DNA of 37,958 nt from positions 1 to 37,958 of IMG/VR virus record IMGVR_UViG_3300030372_002658; one strand, given 5' to 3'. A program made the translations under genes and the position numbers. Of this stretch, positions 36,085-37,958 are shown piece after piece. The notes beneath the pieces are model-generated. The model was given only the letters and a program-made list of their open reading frames with translations, was not told the DNA's origin and ran no database searches. This DNA comes from a virus. Taxonomy: Duplodnaviria > Caudoviricetes. Each line of letters opens with the position of its first letter. Position 1 is the first letter of the stretch.

Positions 36085-36327
36085 ATGAATGAAATTGAAC
36101 TAGAATTAAATGACAAACATTGGTCATTGATAAAGGAAAAGAATTTAGACTATCATCAACAAAGACGACTATTCCTTGAATGGCATGATGATAAAAAGAA
36201 AGTTCGGAAGAATTATAATTTAGCATTTTTAAATTGGCTAAAGAAAGCTGCACCAAATAAAGTTTCCCAAGCCATAGTGGTTGATGATATAATAACAAAA
36301 TTAAAAAATGGTGGGTGGAATGAATAA
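36085..36327 (+). CDS. DnaT-like / replisome-organiser C-terminal domain protein
   Basis: FLEWH...KNYNLAFLNWLKKA motif. Confidence 0.55.
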   Translation: MNEIELELNDKHWSLIKEKNLDYHQQRRLFLEWHDDKKKVRKNYNLAFLNWLKKAAPNKVSQAIVVDDIITKLKNGGWNE

Positions 36328-36922
36328 CATACAAAAAAACATAAACTTTGAAACACGCTGTAATGCTATTGCTGAAGTGTTTTTACAAAAGGGTCTATTG
36401 GCAACTTATTCTTTAGGGAATAAATCAAGAGAAGATAGTGAGATGTTTATTAAGGACACAACATTGTTACTTAATGAAAATATCCCTGACCATGATAATT
36501 TACGAGAATTTGACAAATATTTAAATGATCTTAAAAAATTTATTATCACTAACTTTAGTTCTGACTTTATGCCTAACACAAGTCGGTTAGTAAAACTTTT
36601 ACAACAATTTAATAAGACGATTGATAATCAAAAATATGCAGGTTTAGGTGAATTGTTTAAGTATGATAAATGGGAACTACCTAAAGGCACTAATATTGCA
36701 CAAAGTGGTATTATTTATGATGATGACTTTAAACGAGAATGGTATGATACATTTCCCAATGAAACACCTTTAGCCTGTAAGTCTTTTGTTATGCCAATAC
36801 ATAAAGGACAAAGGGTCTTTGGAGATTATCGACACATAATGAAACTGATAAAGATGGGCTTACCTGTTAAACACACAATAGAGGAAAAGGATATACAATT
36901 TGAAGAAAGTCGCACCTACTAA
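36308..36922 (+). CDS. Hypothetical protein (helicase-loader position)
   Basis: 204-aa ORF; FMPNTSRL motif; synteny only. Confidence 0.5.
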   Translation: MVGGMNNIQKNINFETRCNAIAEVFLQKGLLATYSLGNKSREDSEMFIKDTTLLLNENIPDHDNLREFDKYLNDLKKFIITNFSSDFMPNTSRLVKLLQQFNKTIDNQKYAGLGELFKYDKWELPKGTNIAQSGIIYDDDFKREWYDTFPNETPLACKSFVMPIHKGQRVFGDYRHIMKLIKMGLPVKHTIEEKDIQFEESRTY

Positions 36923-37394
36923 GGAACAACTACATAATCCTGATAATGTTTTTGTTTTAGAAGAAACAATTAAAGCTGGAATAAAACGACTACGAAATCG
37001 TGGCTCTACTATTTACGATAGATATTATGCTAGAAACCAAATTAATATAGATATGCACAATGCAGCAACCTTGTATTATACCCATTATTTTTTAGGACAT
37101 GAACGCACAACAACGATAGTTAAATATGGTGAACGATTAGGTGAGGGGTCAGTACCAACATTAACAAGCAACGAGTATCAGGAACATCATAGACAAATTT
37201 ATGAAAAAGCAAGGGAACACATAAAGGCATTTAATCCAAAACTTGCAACATTTATTGATGATGTCATATTGTATGATGTTGATTTAAGATCAGCTGCTAA
37301 AAAAATACGACACCAACCTGAAAATGGTTATTCACTTTTTTGCATTACACTTGAAAGTTTAGTGGATTTCTTTTTATACGATACTAAGGATTAA
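36900..37394 (+). CDS. Putative late-gene regulator (DUF6456-like)
   Basis: DRYYARNQI...AA..Y, C-terminal HTH-like DVILYDVDLRSAA...LESLVDFF; last gene of the replication operon. Confidence 0.5.
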   Translation: MKKVAPTKEQLHNPDNVFVLEETIKAGIKRLRNRGSTIYDRYYARNQINIDMHNAATLYYTHYFLGHERTTTIVKYGERLGEGSVPTLTSNEYQEHHRQIYEKAREHIKAFNPKLATFIDDVILYDVDLRSAAKKIRHQPENGYSLFCITLESLVDFFLYDTKD

Positions 37395-37395
37395 T

Positions 37396-37431
37396 GTAGA
37401 GTATCATGTAACAAAACAATGATACTCCTAC
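37396..37431. terminator. Hairpin between convergent genes
   Basis: GTAG-AGTATCAT ... ATGATACT-C-CTAC inverted repeat. Confidence 0.5.
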
Positions 37432-37478
37432 ACTAGCTAATATTAGACCCAACAATATTTCATAAAGAAAGTTTTTCA

Positions 37479-37808
37479 TTATTTACCCCAATTATCATGT
37501 GAGTCAGATTTCTTTGGTGTTAAAAGATAAAAACTACCGCAAGAGTTATAAACTTCATAACCATAAAAGTGACCATCTTGCACTGGTTCAAAATAATCTC
37601 TTGAATCACCAACAAACCATGCGTCTTTAATACCTAGATTATATTGATAATTATGATTATCTTTACTAAGTCTTTCAGCTCTTTTAATTGATTGGTCGTG
37701 GTAATTTTCAACACCATCTGTGTAACCACTAAACTCAGTTCTTTTTTTAATAAAAATCTCATTGTTGTTAATAAAACTTTTAATTGTTGATCTTGTTATC
37801 TTTGTCAT
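37479..37808 (-). CDS. Hypothetical early protein (~109 aa)
   Basis: ORF 37479..37820; likely start ATG 37808 after AATGGAGAT. Confidence 0.8.
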   Translation of the reverse strand: MTKITRSTIKSFINNNEIFIKKRTEFSGYTDGVENYHDQSIKRAERLSKDNHNYQYNLGIKDAWFVGDSRDYFEPVQDGHFYGYEVYNSCGSFYLLTPKKSDSHDNWGK

Positions 37809-37958
37809 TGTTATCTCCATTTCTTACACTATTAATATTGCATTTATGACAAATAATGTCAATAGGAATTAATACAATTAAATACATTTTTTTGACATAA
37901 TTAAATAAATCGTGATACATATTAAACAATGACTTAGTTATTTTATTAATTGGAATAG
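37648..37958. repeat. Imperfect terminal repeat, right copy (lacks the 242-bp cassette)
   Basis: Aligns to 1-174 and 408-552. Confidence 0.95.

Noticed and set aside
1-37958. tRNA/rRNA genes, integrase/att site, alternative genetic code
   Set aside because: No cloverleaf or recombinase motifs recognised; long genes translate intact with the standard code and use all three stop codons.

Overview
Near-complete, circularly permuted, AT-rich genome (~37.4-37.6 kb unique) of a short-tailed (P22/BPP-1/HTVC010P-style architecture) dsDNA phage, most likely infecting a marine alphaproteobacterium (alpha-type SSB, GTTC-N7-GTTC LexA box). The plus strand carries terS, terL, portal, an unusual 837-aa T/D/G-rich protein, scaffold, major capsid, head-tail/nozzle proteins, three ejection proteins, a 1986-aa tail fibre, holin-like genes and a 2OG-Fe(II) oxygenase. 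A minus-strand block carries a RecE-like exonuclease, a putative annealase, SSB and a stand-alone DnaA domain IV protein. It is followed by a three-gene exported-protein operon (N/Q/S/T beta-repeat + Cys domain; nidogen-like + acidic; TM coiled-coil). The early/replication block has a putative cysteine peptidase, an ART-like protein, a Cro-like HTH, a close homologue of Mu Mom and host-dependent replication proteins. I recognised no DNA polymerase, RNR, integrase, CI or endolysin. Main observations: the two contig ends are different alleles of one locus, differing by a precise 242-bp one-gene cassette bounded by RBS microhomology; the terS-terL gap packs a triple LexA box next to an NrdR box; and a promoter/anti-SD/terminator small-RNA candidate sits upstream of the exported-protein operon. 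All family assignments come from motif recognition by eye, not database searches.
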